From assembly GCF_006345805.1 (NCBI RefSeq), contig NW_021829928.1:1-33499 (forward strand): a DNA stretch of 33,499 nucleotides, written 5' to 3'. The translations under genes were made by a program, and so were the position numbers. The first letter of the stretch is position 1. Every line of letters starts with the position of its first letter. Below, in pieces: positions 1 through 11,546 of this stretch. The notes under the pieces are model-generated. The model made no database searches and was not told where the DNA came from. It worked only from the letters and a program-made list of their open reading frames with translations. This DNA comes from Octopus sinensis. Taxonomy: Eukaryota.

Positions 1-516
1 AACTGGGGTTTGGAACATAAATTACGGTCCATTGTCGTTACCTCCGCCCATATTGTAAACATAACCCCTTTTTTCTGAAAGTTACGAGGAAACAAAGTCT
101 TCTCGTGAATTTTCCGAAATTCTCTCTCCGCCCTCGGGAAAAAAAAAATTCACAATAAAATCCGATATCATTGGAATCTACACAACCCGAAGCATATTTA
201 TAGAAAATTTCGGTAAAATTTACCAAAATTTCATACAGCGGAACTGAACCCGGAACCATGTGGTTGAGAGGTAAACGTGTTACCTCATAGCTACCCCTAT
301 ATTAGAAAATTTCGTTAAAAATAAACTCCCTTTTGATGTCTCTTTCGAAATGTGATAAATGTAATTTCCTTGCTTACCTGCTACTTCCGCGTTTTCACTC
401 GTACTCATACTCCGATCGTGCAGAATTTCCAACACAAACCCCAGCATTATTGAGGGCTCGAGTCCTCTAGTATTTTAACTTATTGGTTCTTATTGGGTTT
501 TGTAATAAACTGGCCC

Positions 517-1108
517 CGGCGAACAGGTAGAATCGTTACACGGTGGGCGAAGTGCTTAGAGGTATTTCGTCTGCCGTTACGTTCTCAGTTCAAATTCCGC
601 CGAGGTCGACTTTGCCTTTTATCCTTTCGGGGTCGATTAAATAAGTACCAGTTACGCACTGGAGTCAATATAATCGCCTTAATCCCTTTGTCTTTCCTCG
701 TTTGTCCTCTCTGTGTTTAGCCCCTTGTGGGTAGTAAAGAAACAGAAATAGGTATTTCGTTAGCCGTTAAGTTCTGAACTCAAATTCCGCCAAGGTCGAC
801 TTTGCCTTTTATCCTTTCGGGGTCGATTAAATAAGTACCAGTTAAGCACTGGGGTCGATATAATCGACTTAATCCCTTTGTCTTTCCTCGTTTGTCCTCT
901 CTGTGTTTAGCCCCTTGTAGGTAGTAAAGAAACAGAAATAGGTATTTCGTTTGCCGTTAAGTTCTGAACTCAAATTCCGCCGAGGTCGACTTCGCCTTCA
1001 TCCTTTCTAGTTCGATAAATTAAGTATTAAATTAAGCATACTGAGGTCAATCTTACCGACTGGCCCCTCCGGCAAAATTTCGGGCCTTGTGCCTAGAGTA
1101 GAAAAGAA
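517..1108 (+). mobile_element. tRNA-derived SINE family 1, three head-to-tail units (period ~190 bp)
   Basis: GGTATTTCGT recurs at 561, 751 and 941. Each unit has a B-box-like GTTCAAATTCC/CTCAAATTCC and the core GTCGACTTTGCCTTT.ATCCTTTCGGGGTCGAT. The same sequence is dispersed through the window. Confidence 0.8.
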
Positions 1109-1313
1109 GAAAGGGACCTCGGTTTATGATAAAAAGAATAAAGAAGACGTCCAAAGACAGTGATAAACGGAAGTAAAAGTTTGGTCATTAGTGGTAAGGA
1201 GATCAATAACTAATATAGTGAAAGGTAGGAGGGGTGTGCCACGTATCATATTAATATGACAGCAAACTTGTAAGGAAAGGCTTCCGTCCGATCCAACCAC
1301 GACCATCACACAA

Positions 1314-1582
1314 TACTACTAGCGAACTGTGGTTCCGGTGCGCGCACTTGCTAGTCGTCATTTGTCGATCCTACAACGGCTACCTAGCAAAGTAAATAAG
1401 ACACAAAATGAATAATTTTTGTTAAACAAAGTAAATAAAACACAAAAACACAAAATAAGGATCAACTAGTCATGACTAGCTAGCGCGGAAAAGATCTTAT
1501 ATATGTGTGTATATATATATATGTGCTTGTGTGTGTATATATATATACACATATATAGGATCTTTTCCGCGCTAGCTAGTCA
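1314..1582. mobile_element. MITE fragments of the GGTACTACT-ended family, with an inverted end duplication around a (TA/TG)n tract
   Basis: TACTACTAGCGAACTGTGGTTCCGGTGCGCGCAC matches the TIR at 4806 and 10941. CTAGCTAGCGCGGAAAAGATC (~1476-1496) is inverted at ~1559-1579. Confidence 0.55.
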
Positions 1583-1635
1583 TATATATATATATATGTG
1601 TGTGTGCGTGTGTGTATATATATATATATGTAGTA

Positions 1636-1682
1636 AAAACTGTCCGATGAACGGCAACGGGAAACTCAGAGTAACAGGTTTT
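1636..1682 (+). ncRNA. Minimal type I hammerhead ribozyme motif (family A)
   Basis: AAAACTGT-CCGATGA-ACGGCAACGG-GAA-ACTC-A-GAGT-A-ACAGGTTTT. Stem I CTGT/ACAG, U4C core variant, near-palindromic stem III ACTC/GAGT, GUA cleavage triplet at 1671-1673, AATAAA at 1704-1709. Confidence 0.65.
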
Positions 1683-1803
1683 GTTGAATTTTCTGCTGCT
1701 TTAAATAAAGTATATATATATATATATATATGTAGGTCCCGGGTTGAGTCGGGGTTAACCACAGTAAATAAGGTACTCAATACATAGCAGAGTAAATTAA
1801 TTT

Positions 1804-1949
1804 ATTTTATAGAAGGAGCTTCTACAGGACTAGAACTGTTTCATTCAAATGAAATCATCAGGAAGCTTTGTGTCAACAATCACAAAGCTTCCAGATGATT
1901 TCATTTGAATGAAACAGTTCTAGTCCTGTAGAAGCTCCTTCTATAAAAT
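1804..1949. repeat. 69-bp near-perfect inverted repeat (hairpin, 8-nt loop)
   Basis: 1804-1872 is the reverse complement of 1881-1949 with one mismatch (1860/1893). Confidence 0.95.
1817..1867 (-). ncRNA. Type I hammerhead ribozyme motif (family B)
   Basis: Minus strand reads AGCTTC-CTGATGA-TTTCATTTGAAT-GAA-ACAG-TTCTAGTC-CTGT-A-GAAGCT. 6-bp stem I, intact core, short stem II, 4-bp stem III, GUA triplet, followed by AATAAA. Confidence 0.75.
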
Positions 1950-1951
1950 TT

Positions 1952-1998
<47 letters not shown>

Positions 1999-2015
1999 AT
2001 ATATATTTTTTTTTT

Positions 2016-2215
2016 GTACTTGTTTCAGTCATTTGACTACGGCCATGCTGGAGCACCGCCTTTTGAGTACAGCAGGGATCACCACCATCCCCTGCCGGAG
2101 CCTCGTGGAGCTTTTAGGTGTTTTCGCTCAATAAACACACACAACGCCCGGTCTGGGAATCGAAACCGCGATCCTCCGACCGCAAGTCCGCTGCCCTAAC
2201 CACTAGGCCATTGCA
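2016..2215 (-). mobile_element. Fused SINE fragments (family 2 tail plus family 3 head)
   Basis: 2016-2064 matches the reverse complement of ~30755-30800. 2065-2215 matches the reverse complement of 17033-17167. Confidence 0.7.
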
Positions 2216-2412
2216 TATACTTAATAATTAGGGTTCAGCAAATATTTGCTTTACCACATGCCGAAGTTTAGAAATAGCAGCCCTAATTAATAATAATTTG
2301 CTGAACCCTAATTATTAAGTATTACTTAAGTTTACCGTGAATTGGTCCTTTTTTCATGCCGAATTCTACTTGGTGAAATTATTGATTACTTCTTAATTCA
2401 TTTTACCCTTTG

Positions 2413-2416
<4 letters not shown>

Positions 2417-2464
<48 letters not shown>
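2417..2464. repeat. (TA)n microsatellite
   Basis: Pure TA run. Confidence 0.95.
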
Positions 2465-2468
<4 letters not shown>

Positions 2469-2733
2469 CAGTTACGCAATGGGGTCAGAGTAATCGACTT
2501 AATCCGTTTGTCTGTCCTTGTTTGTCCCCTCTGTGTTTAGCCCCTTGTGGGTAATAAAGAAATAGGTATTTCGTCTGCTGCTACGTTCTGCGTTCAAATT
2601 CCGCCGAGGTCGACTTTGCCTTTTATTCTTTCGGGGTCAATAAATTAAGTACCAGTGACGCACTGGGGTCGATGTAATCGACTTGATCCGTTTGTCCCCT
2701 CTGTGTTTAGCCCCTTGTGGGTAGTAAAGAAAT
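2464..2733 (+). mobile_element. SINE family 1, partial tandem copies
   Basis: Same core and tail (GTTTAGCCCCTTGTGGGTAGTAAAGAAA) as 517-940. Confidence 0.8.
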
Positions 2734-3301
2734 ACATTCTTCCATGATGAAATTTTTGAGGTGAGTTTTCTGTACTGATGTCCCTCCTGTGGCCAACCTT
2801 CACCTATTTCAAACTAAGATATTTTCCCTGTGACCTGACATGTTTTTGTGTCAGGTTGGCGATGGACATTGCTTGCATGGCAGTGACACCCACAACTATC
2901 ACACAGTCTCAAGGCAAAGATATAGTAACACACACACACACACATTCAAAAGCCCCTCACACTTCTATGAAACATCCCCCTCTATCCTCTGTACCACTAA
3001 TATTCCCCCACCACCACTACCTTTTGTGTATGTCCTCATACATCTCCATCACCATCCATTTCTCTCTATATATCTGAAAACAGAAATATTGAATTTCTAA
3101 ATGTCTCAAAGAGAAATAAGCGGTGGTGGAGCGATAGAATGGTTGTATTCTGTCAACATAACGTGACAGTCCCGTAAGGGAATTACACCACCGCTGTTTA
3201 GCCCTAGGAAGCATCGACGCTTCCTGTCGGCTTTGACACATTTCCTGTGTCCTTATATTTGTGAAGGGGAGGCAAGCATCCCCTACCAGCCAAGATTCAC
3301 A

Positions 3302-3347
3302 CCTGAGGACATACATGTTTCTGGGTCTTACCCGTCATCAGCCCAGG
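3302..3347 (-). ncRNA. Type I hammerhead ribozyme (family C), intact core
   Basis: Minus strand reads CCTGGG-CTGATGA-CGGGTAAGACCCA-GAA-ACAT-GT-ATGT-C-CTCAGG. Stem I CCTGGG/CTCAGG, stem II GGGT/ACCC, short stem III, GUC cleavage between 3308 and 3307. Confidence 0.8.
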
Positions 3348-3962
3348 ATAGTGAAACCTTCTAGTTGAAATGCCTGTCTAGTCTTCGCAAAATATATATA
3401 TTTACATTGAAATCTATTCACTGATCACCGTAAATAGAAATATTGAATTTCTAAATGTCTCAAAGAGACATGGAATGATTTACGGAGGAGTTTGCAGCAT
3501 CTTCAGATATCACCAAAGCTCACAGTTGATGGAAATGAAGCAGTAGTAATACTTGCTAGGAATATAATACAAAAATACGCAGAAGAAAATTTGTGTATAT
3601 TCTGATAAGAAAAGGAAAACTATAATAACTCTTTTTATATAAATCTATGGTGAATTCCTGGTAAATTTTTTTTGCCTTTTTGAACCAAGATAAATATCAA
3701 TATTTGTCTTCTTCACTTCCTGAAAAGTTTACAAACTATTTTGCATTTTAATTTCTGTTTTTTGTTACATGTAATATATACAAAATTGTTTTACATAGAG
3801 TGGTTGTATTCTGTCAACATAACGTGACAGTCCCGTAAGGGAATTACACCACCGCTGTTTAGCCCTAGGAAGCATCGACGCTTCCTGTCGGCCTTGACAC
3901 ATTTCCTCTGTCCTTATATTTGCGAAGGGGAGGCAAGCACCCCCGTCCAGCCAAGATTCACA

Positions 3963-4009
3963 CCTGAGGACATACATGCTTCTGGGTCTTAACCGGTCAT
4001 CAGCCCAGG
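3963..4009 (-). ncRNA. Hammerhead ribozyme (family C), second copy with GAAA>GAAG core change
   Basis: Same layout as 3302-3347, but A15.1 is replaced by G (position 3979), so it is probably impaired. Confidence 0.6.
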
Positions 4010-4140
4010 ATAGTGAGATCTGCTGATTGAGGTGCCTGTCCAGCCTTCACAAATATATATATTTACAGTGAAATCTATTCACTGGTCACCGTAAATAGAA
4101 ATATAAAATTTCTAAATGTCTCAAAGAGACATAATAATAG

Positions 4141-4404
4141 TATTTCTTTGTCTATTCTAAATGATCTTGACATTGTTTTTGACTTTACATAAAATATTCT
4201 TTACATTCTACTGTTGTTTTATTGTCATTTATTTACAAGTATTATTAATTTTATTGGTAAAATATTTTTCTGGGAATGAATTACAATATATAACATTGCT
4301 TCTATGGGAAATGATTGCTTTGCTTTATGAGTTATCACTGCTTTTTACATTGCACCAGACACATTTTCTCCACAAAACTACTTTAAAACGTTTTCCAATG
4401 GCTG
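4141..4404. repeat. AT-rich dispersed repeat shared with the 31.7-32.6 kb piggyBac-associated region
   Basis: 4141-4338 is the reverse complement of ~32271-32467. 4362-4404 matches ~31714-31755 and ~32560-32597 directly. Confidence 0.75.
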
Positions 4405-4805
4405 AATGACGAAACGTATTAATCTGGTTTCTGTCCTAAATATTCTGCTAAAGTAAGGATGCATCTTGTACACCAGCAAATACTCAGTGAAGTGCAAGTA
4501 AATCAGTTGACCATAAGATTGACTCTTCGTTGTGAAACGACGGAGATCCACCACCGTTATAAGCCTATGAAGCCATCTAAAGATCGAATGCTTCTTTTTC
4601 CCGTAATTAGGCTCATGCCCTTGCTTATCTCCCTTTACTCACTAATTTTCCTTATCGTCTTTCAATGAATTAATACCAACACAAATTTCTCTCAGATCTA
4701 ATCCCTTCCTGTAATCAATGCTGGAATTTTTTTAGTAACAATCTTCCTCTGGATATTATATGGAGCTGTTTTCTTTTCATTTTCGTTTTCTACGCACTTT
4801 TTGTA

Positions 4806-4993
4806 GGTACTACTAGCGAACAGTGGTCCCGGTGCGCTAGCTAGTCGTAAGTAGTCGATCCTACGACTTTTTAACCCTAACCTTTGTTTATAAAAATAAT
4901 TCATTTACATAGTTTTTTAATTATTTAGGATCGACCACTTATGTCTAGCTAGCGCGAGTGCGCTCACCTGAACCACTGTTAGCCAGTAGTACC
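4806..4993. mobile_element. MITE with GGTACTACT...AGTAGTACC terminal inverted repeats
   Basis: Imperfect ~60-bp TIRs; related copies at 1314, 10941, 15305/15820 and ~25690-25823. Confidence 0.7.
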
Positions 4994-5054
4994 CAAACGT
5001 ATACAATTACTAACATTTTCTCACACTAAACCATCCCTCCTACTAAAAAATATC

Positions 5055-5400
5055 CTTCTTCTAGAGGCACAAGCCCTGAAATTTGGCGGATGTGGGTCTA
5101 GTCAATTGGGACTTATTTTATCGACCCCGAAACGATGAAAGTCGACCCTGACGGAATCTGAACTCAGATCTCTGGGATGATGTCGAGCTAGCAGAAACGT
5201 TAGCACGCCGGGCGAAATGTCTAGCGGTATTTCGTCTGCAGTTACGTTGTGAGTTCAAATTCCGCCGAGGTCGGCTTTGCCTTTCATCCTTTCGGGATCG
5301 GTAAATTCAGTACCAGTTATGCACTGGGGTCGATGCAATCGACTTAATACCTATGTCTGTCCCTTCTGTGTTTAGCCCCTTGTGGGCAGCAAAGAAATAG
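5055..5400. mobile_element. Two SINE family 1 copies back to back (5055-5168 minus, 5182-5400 plus)
   Basis: The plus copy has an A-box-like AGCTAGCAGAAACGTTAGC and B-box GAGTTCAAATTCC. The minus copy is a truncated core plus tail. Confidence 0.75.
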
Positions 5401-5704
5401 GTTAGGGAGCTAAGTAGAGGAGGAAGCACGCACAAGCAGGGTACGATTGCGCCCTCTTCAATCGGGGAAACCGTGAATGCAGGACGTGTCAGTGCTTCGA
5501 CAAGGTGAGGGATAGCAGCTGCTATTTTTAGCATTTTGCGGACGGGCCACGTAGAAAGACTTCCGCCCGTCCCTAGCTCATTTTCTCCCAAATTTGTTTA
5601 TTTTTGTAACCCTTTTTTTGCCCAAAATCGTCATTGTGAAATTCCCACCGTCCCCACCTTCTTCAATTCTGACTTTTCTCCCCAACACTAACCCTAAAAC
5701 CGTA

Positions 5705-5908
5705 ACTCTTTTACTTGTTTCAGCCACTTGACTGTGGCCATGCTGGAGCACCGCCGTTAGTCGAGCAAATCGACCCCGGGACTTATTCTTTGTAAGACAC
5801 ACATATATATACGACAGGCCTCTACCAAATCCACTCACAAGGCTTTGGTCGGCCCGAGGCTATAGTAGAAGACACTTGCCCAAGGGGCCACGTAGTGGGA
5901 CTGAACCC
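5705..5908 (-). mobile_element. SINE family 2, internally deleted
   Basis: Reverse complement of parts of 30419-30812. Confidence 0.75.
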
Positions 5909-6062
5909 CACCAAAAATCTTTAAAATTTTAGGTTTAACAACTCACTTCGGGTGTTTCCGTTGAAGTAAATGACAGTTTGATTCTGTTTTCTGCTTTGAA
6001 ATTTAACGGACTTTTCATACACACATGAAACGGGTAAGAACAAATATGCAAGGCTTTTTTTC

Positions 6063-7687
6063 GGTTAATATAGGGCGTTACGATTATCAGAAAATCAAAA
6101 AAAAAATGTGTGTAATAGGTGTAAAACAACTTCCTATGAACGAATATGAAAAAAAAAATTCGCGCACGCGAAAGGGGGGTGGGGGAGAGGCCTCGGAAAA
6201 TTCACATCGGGAAGTTCCGAAAGCGTCTGAGGAGCTGACCCGGGCACCAAAACAAAAAAAAATAGTGTAATAGGTGTAAAACAACTTGCTCTAAACGAAT
6301 ATGAAAAAAAAAATGCGCGCTCGCGAAAGGGGGGTGGGGGAGAGGCTTCGGAAATTTCACATCTTCAGTCCACGGCCTTTAAACTAAGAAAAAATAGTGT
6401 AATTGGTGTAAAACTACTTGTTCTAAACGAGTATCAAGAACACACACTCACACATGAATCACAAACTCCGTATTTCGCAAAAAAAAAAAAAATAAAGAGA
6501 AGAAATTCTGGAAAAAGTGAAGAAATGTTGGATCTCCGCCATGTGAATCAAAATACGTGTCAGAAACATCTTGAAATATTACAGAAATTATGTTACGAAA
6601 ATGATAATGTATACATACCTCTTTGAGTGGTCCATCGATAATGATGATAAAGAAATGAGTTGGATTTGAACTCAGAATATTGACTAACACAACTACATAC
6701 TACAAGACTCAAAATATTCAGCCAAGTCACCACCCTTTAACTAGCAATAATAATAACATCAATAACATAACAGCCAAAAGATTTATTTGTTCTGAAAATA
6801 ACAATCATAGTAAATAAATATGTTCTTTAATATTCACATTCATGTGCACAGTTAAACACACTTACATACAAACAGTCACGCATGCATAATACAGAACGGA
6901 ACACATAAATGAAGGATGCATTACTTAGTATATATTACATCGAGAGAATTTTGATTAATAAGTCAAATATGCAAATTATAAAGATAATTAATTGCTTTAC
7001 TAAACAGTGTTGTAAAGGTGAAAAAATAAATTTGGGAAAAAAATACACGCCAAAACTAATTAATAAAGGATAATTAGGGAAGGATTGACACAAAATAATA
7101 ATTTTTTCTGTCTCTTTTTTCTGATAAATGCATCTTAATAAGGGAGAAGAATTGCATATATCTGAACTATTTCAAAGAAAAGCATAAATTTAATGTTTAA
7201 AATAGCTTTAACCAAGGAATGAGATCCAACATTTCTTCACTTTTTCCAGAATTTCTTCTCTTTGTTAATTTTTTTTTTTGCGAAATACGGAGTTTATGAT
7301 TCATGTGTGTTCTTGATACTCGTTTAGAACAAGTAGTTTTACACCAATTACACTATTTTTTCTTAGTTTAAAGGCCGTGGACTGAAGATGTGAAATTTCC
7401 GAAGCCTCTCCCCCACCCCCCTTTCGCGAGAGCGCATTTATTTTGTCATATTCGTTTAGAGCAAGTTGTTTTACACATATTACACTATTTTTTTTTTGTT
7501 TTGGTGACCGGGTCAGCTCCTCAGACGCTTTCGGAACTTCCCGATGTGAATTTTCCGAGGCCTCTCCCCACCCCCCTTTCGCGTGCGCGAATTTTTTTTT
7601 TCATATTCGTTCATAGGAAGTTGTTTTACACCTATTACACACATTTTTTTTTTGATTTTCTGATAATCGTAACGCCCTATATTAACC
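6063..7687. mobile_element. Foldback-type non-autonomous DNA transposon with ~470-bp modular TIRs
   Basis: 6063-6536 is inverted at 7221-7687. Ends are GG...CC, flanked by TTTTTTTC/ATTTTTTC (7/8 match). The 684-bp AT-rich centre has no ORF. Confidence 0.8.
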
Positions 7688-7870
7688 ATTTTTTCTTCAA
7701 GTTTAAAACGAGACATTGCTGGCATAATTTCGTTATATCTATACTCCACAACCCACGGAAATACCCGAAGTGAAATGCTTTGATCGAAGGAATGCCAAAT
7801 TTTACGCACATTTTGAAAAAAAATTAGTGAAAAATAAAGGAAATAAGTGGGGGTTATATAATAGAAATGT

Positions 7871-8216
7871 GCGATCTTTCGTCTCTAGTAGACCTTTCCG
7901 TAAGAAACTTTTTCTTTTACATATGGGCTTGCAGGAACTTTTGAAGTAATATACATACATATACACATACACCGAGTAAAAAAATTCAGTTATCTAACAG
8001 AAGCACTTCACTTACACAACATACTTTGTCTCCCACACCCCATCAAACACACACACACACACACATGTACATAAATGCTTCCCCTGGACGGTAACTTCAA
8101 AAGAACTTCCCTCGTCATAAAATCGCTTTCACTTAGTCTCTTTCGCTCTCATTACTTCAAAAGTTCCCGCAAGCCCATATTAAAAAAAAAAGGTCTACTA
8201 GAGACGAAAGATTGCC
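7871..8216. mobile_element. MITE with 9-bp target-site duplication (Merlin- or Mutator-like)
   Basis: TAGAAATGT at 7862-7870 and 8217-8225. 7874-7897 pairs with 8189-8212 (24/24) and 7921-7950 with 8151-8180 (29/30). Confidence 0.85.
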
Positions 8217-8578
8217 TAGAAATGTCTACTTTTGCCAATTTTTTTTGCAGATTCGTATTCCCGGTCGGCACCAAGCAGGCTATCCACGTGCTAGAAATAA
8301 CAGCCAAATCTCCAAAACTGCGATAACAGAACAAAAGAAACCTGTAAACAATCTACTCACCTTTGCACATTTTTCTATCAGAAATCTCCCGCAGTAACGA
8401 CAAAGTAAAGATACAAAAAAATAAGTGCAGAAACAACAAAAAATAGCCAGCGCAAAACATCGTATGCTTTTGGAACTGAAAATGTGCTTTATGAGGGGAA
8501 AATCGGATCCCGGTCCCCACCCATCAGGATCATTTGCGCAAATCCTTTCTATTCATATTCGATTTCTACTCAATTACT

Positions 8579-8834
8579 GGATTTTTTCGGTCTGAACGGC
8601 AGCTTTTTCTAGCGGTGTCATGAAATTGTCACCCATAATTATGACCCTAATATCGATCTATTGCATTTCAATCTGTTTTAAGCCTAGGGGTGGGGTATCT
8701 TTTTTCTTCAGAAATATAAATAAACCCAACAGCCATACGGCACAATGTCTTTATACCTCAATAGACGTCAGTTTTATAAACACATTCTATCAGAATACGA
8801 AGTTTAAGTCTTTAGCGACAAACCGAAAAGATCC
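8579..8834. mobile_element. MITE of the GGATCTTTTCGG...CCGAAAAGATCC family
   Basis: Both TIRs present, flanked by CAATTACT/CAATTGCT (7/8, 8-bp TSD). Other copies at 19269, 24650-25620 and 27386. Confidence 0.8.
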
Positions 8835-8993
8835 CAATTGCTAACACCCAGCTGGCTGGATTTTCTCCTGTTTTCGCTAAGGAGCGAGGACCTTAACATT
8901 GACCAAGAAAAACTAAGAGAAAACAGAAACTGAACAAACAGAAGAGAGTAGCATATCAACGATCGAAAGAGAATACTTAGGATATAACGTGGC

Positions 8994-9009
8994 GGCCCTA
9001 AAAAGGGCC
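8994..9009 (-). terminator. Histone 3' stem-loop of H3
   Basis: Minus strand GGCCCT-TTTT-AGGGCC, 29 nt after the stop codon. Confidence 0.9.
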
Positions 9010-9038
9010 ATTTAAGATGCTGACAAAGCAACGGCGAC

Positions 9039-10040
<1,002 letters not shown>

Positions 10041-10072
10041 GCTAAGAACCTTGAGCTTCTTTGAAACATACC

Positions 10073-10088
10073 GGCCCTTTTCAGGGCC
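10073..10088 (+). terminator. Histone 3' stem-loop of H4
   Basis: GGCCCT-TTTC-AGGGCC followed by ACCCA. Confidence 0.95.
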
Positions 10089-10599
10089 ACCCACTTTTTA
10101 ATTTAAGTCAACTCTTCTAAATCGCGATGTGCTTCTTCTGTGTTTAATGTTATTTTGCAGCTGTTGGTTTTCAAGGTGCCCCTTGGTGGGAAAACTTGGT
10201 TCACACCCTTTTGGCGAAAATAATTATTTCACACCTATGTACGGTCCTTTACGAAATATTTAGTTTAGTGGTGTGTTTCGGGGGCGATCCTTCGGTATAA
10301 CTACCGTAAGTGGCTTTGTTACATTTCTGAAGATAAACCTTTTTCTCCCACCAACCCTAAACCCCTATATATATAAAAACACTTTCTTGAAATGTATCCG
10401 GTACTTATACCGAAGTTACGCCTTCTCGGGGAAACGTTAGGGGTAAGCCCGTGTGTTTCATAAGTTGACGGGAAGGGTGGCTTGCCTTTGCAAACACTGA
10501 GAGGGCACAGACAGTGTCTAAAGCCAACTGGAGGTGTCCTCCTGGGGCTACAAACTACAGTAGCATCCACCCTTAGGGGTTAACCATATTTAAATGGCA

Positions 10600-11380
10600 A
10601 ATACGTCTCAAAGTTAGGGAATCAGATGCACGAAATATTTGCCCCCAGACCATCTGCGTTTTATTATCGTTAAATTGGATATTTCGGGACACTTGCATCG
10701 CCCTAGTGCAGAATATTCTGTGCAAACACTTGGATGCGATTGCTGATTCACAGAGACTGGTAGATTTCTCTTTAGAAAGTCTAGTAACACTTAGGAGCAT
10801 TATGGTAGTAGTAGCTTTGGTTACATTAAGTTTAGTACCCGGTCACCAATCTAGTACTTTGCTAACTATAATCGATTGTTCAGTGGTAAAAATCTGCAGT
10901 CTCTTAATGCGGGTGGAGTTAATTTTGGGGTAGATATTGCGGTACTACTTAAGGTCCCGGTGCGCTCACTCGCGTTAGCTAGTCGATCCTACGATCACCT
11001 AGCAAAGTATATAATGCAAAATAATTTTTTTAAACAAGGTAAATAAAAAACATACAAAATAAGGATCGACTAATTGCGAGTGCGCGCACCAGGACCACAC
11101 TTCTTAAGTAGTACCCATATTTCCCTCCGATATTCATACCATGGGACGGCTGTTTCTGCTAATATAGTTAATGAGCTTTGTTATGGCATAATCGTTCCAT
11201 TGTGCAGAGGTCAATCGGAAAACTGGGGAACATCTGTTTTGCGAGCGGGAACCGCGTAGAGCCAAAGATGCCTCAACCTCAGCGCATGCTTGTGCATCAA
11301 CAGCCAAGGCATCCCTAACCCACCCTTTAACGGCTTTTGACAATCGGAAAAGTTGTAAAAGTGAAAAAAGTTGCTTCTGT
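10600..11380 (+). pseudogene. Possible highly decayed LINE ORF2 3' part (RNase H / CCHC region), interrupted by a MITE
   Basis: Translation fragments LVPGH (RNase H WVPGH-like) and PLCRGQSE...EHLFCE (C-x2-C...H-x4-C-like) with frameshifts. Weak. Confidence 0.3.
10941..11115. mobile_element. MITE of the GGTACTACT family
   Basis: GGTACTACTTAAG...CTTAAGTAGTACC termini; flanks GATATTGC/CATATTTC (6/8). Confidence 0.75.
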
Positions 11381-11546
11381 CAGAACTCCGGCCGCATTTC
11401 TCTTGCAGACTGCAAATCCTTAAATTCGGGTGCAGGGTGAACCTTTTACCTCCACCGAGTAATCTGTCTGTACACTTTTTACCGCTATAAGATTTTTTGT
11501 TTTGGTGGCTGTGTTAAGCTTATTAAGGGTATTACTGTACATACAT

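Larger units (their letters stand above)
3082..4132 (-). mobile_element. Hammerhead-containing non-coding repeat, two ~335-bp copies (3134-3471, 3795-4132); retrozyme-like or Penelope-like non-autonomous element
   Basis: Direct repeat with a 33-mer at 3082, 3436 and 4097. Each copy carries a hammerhead motif, and there is no credible ORF. Confidence 0.7.

Noticed and set aside
3017-3977. Duplicated 99-aa and 70-aa ORFs MYVLRCESW...
   Set aside because: Lie within the hammerhead repeat, differ in length, resemble no domain I recognise, and their ATG overlaps ribozyme stem III.
7382-7395. CTGAAGA...GAAA hammerhead-like spacing (also 29704-29718; CTGATGA at 9259 in H3 antisense)
   Set aside because: No supporting stems I and III; chance matches.
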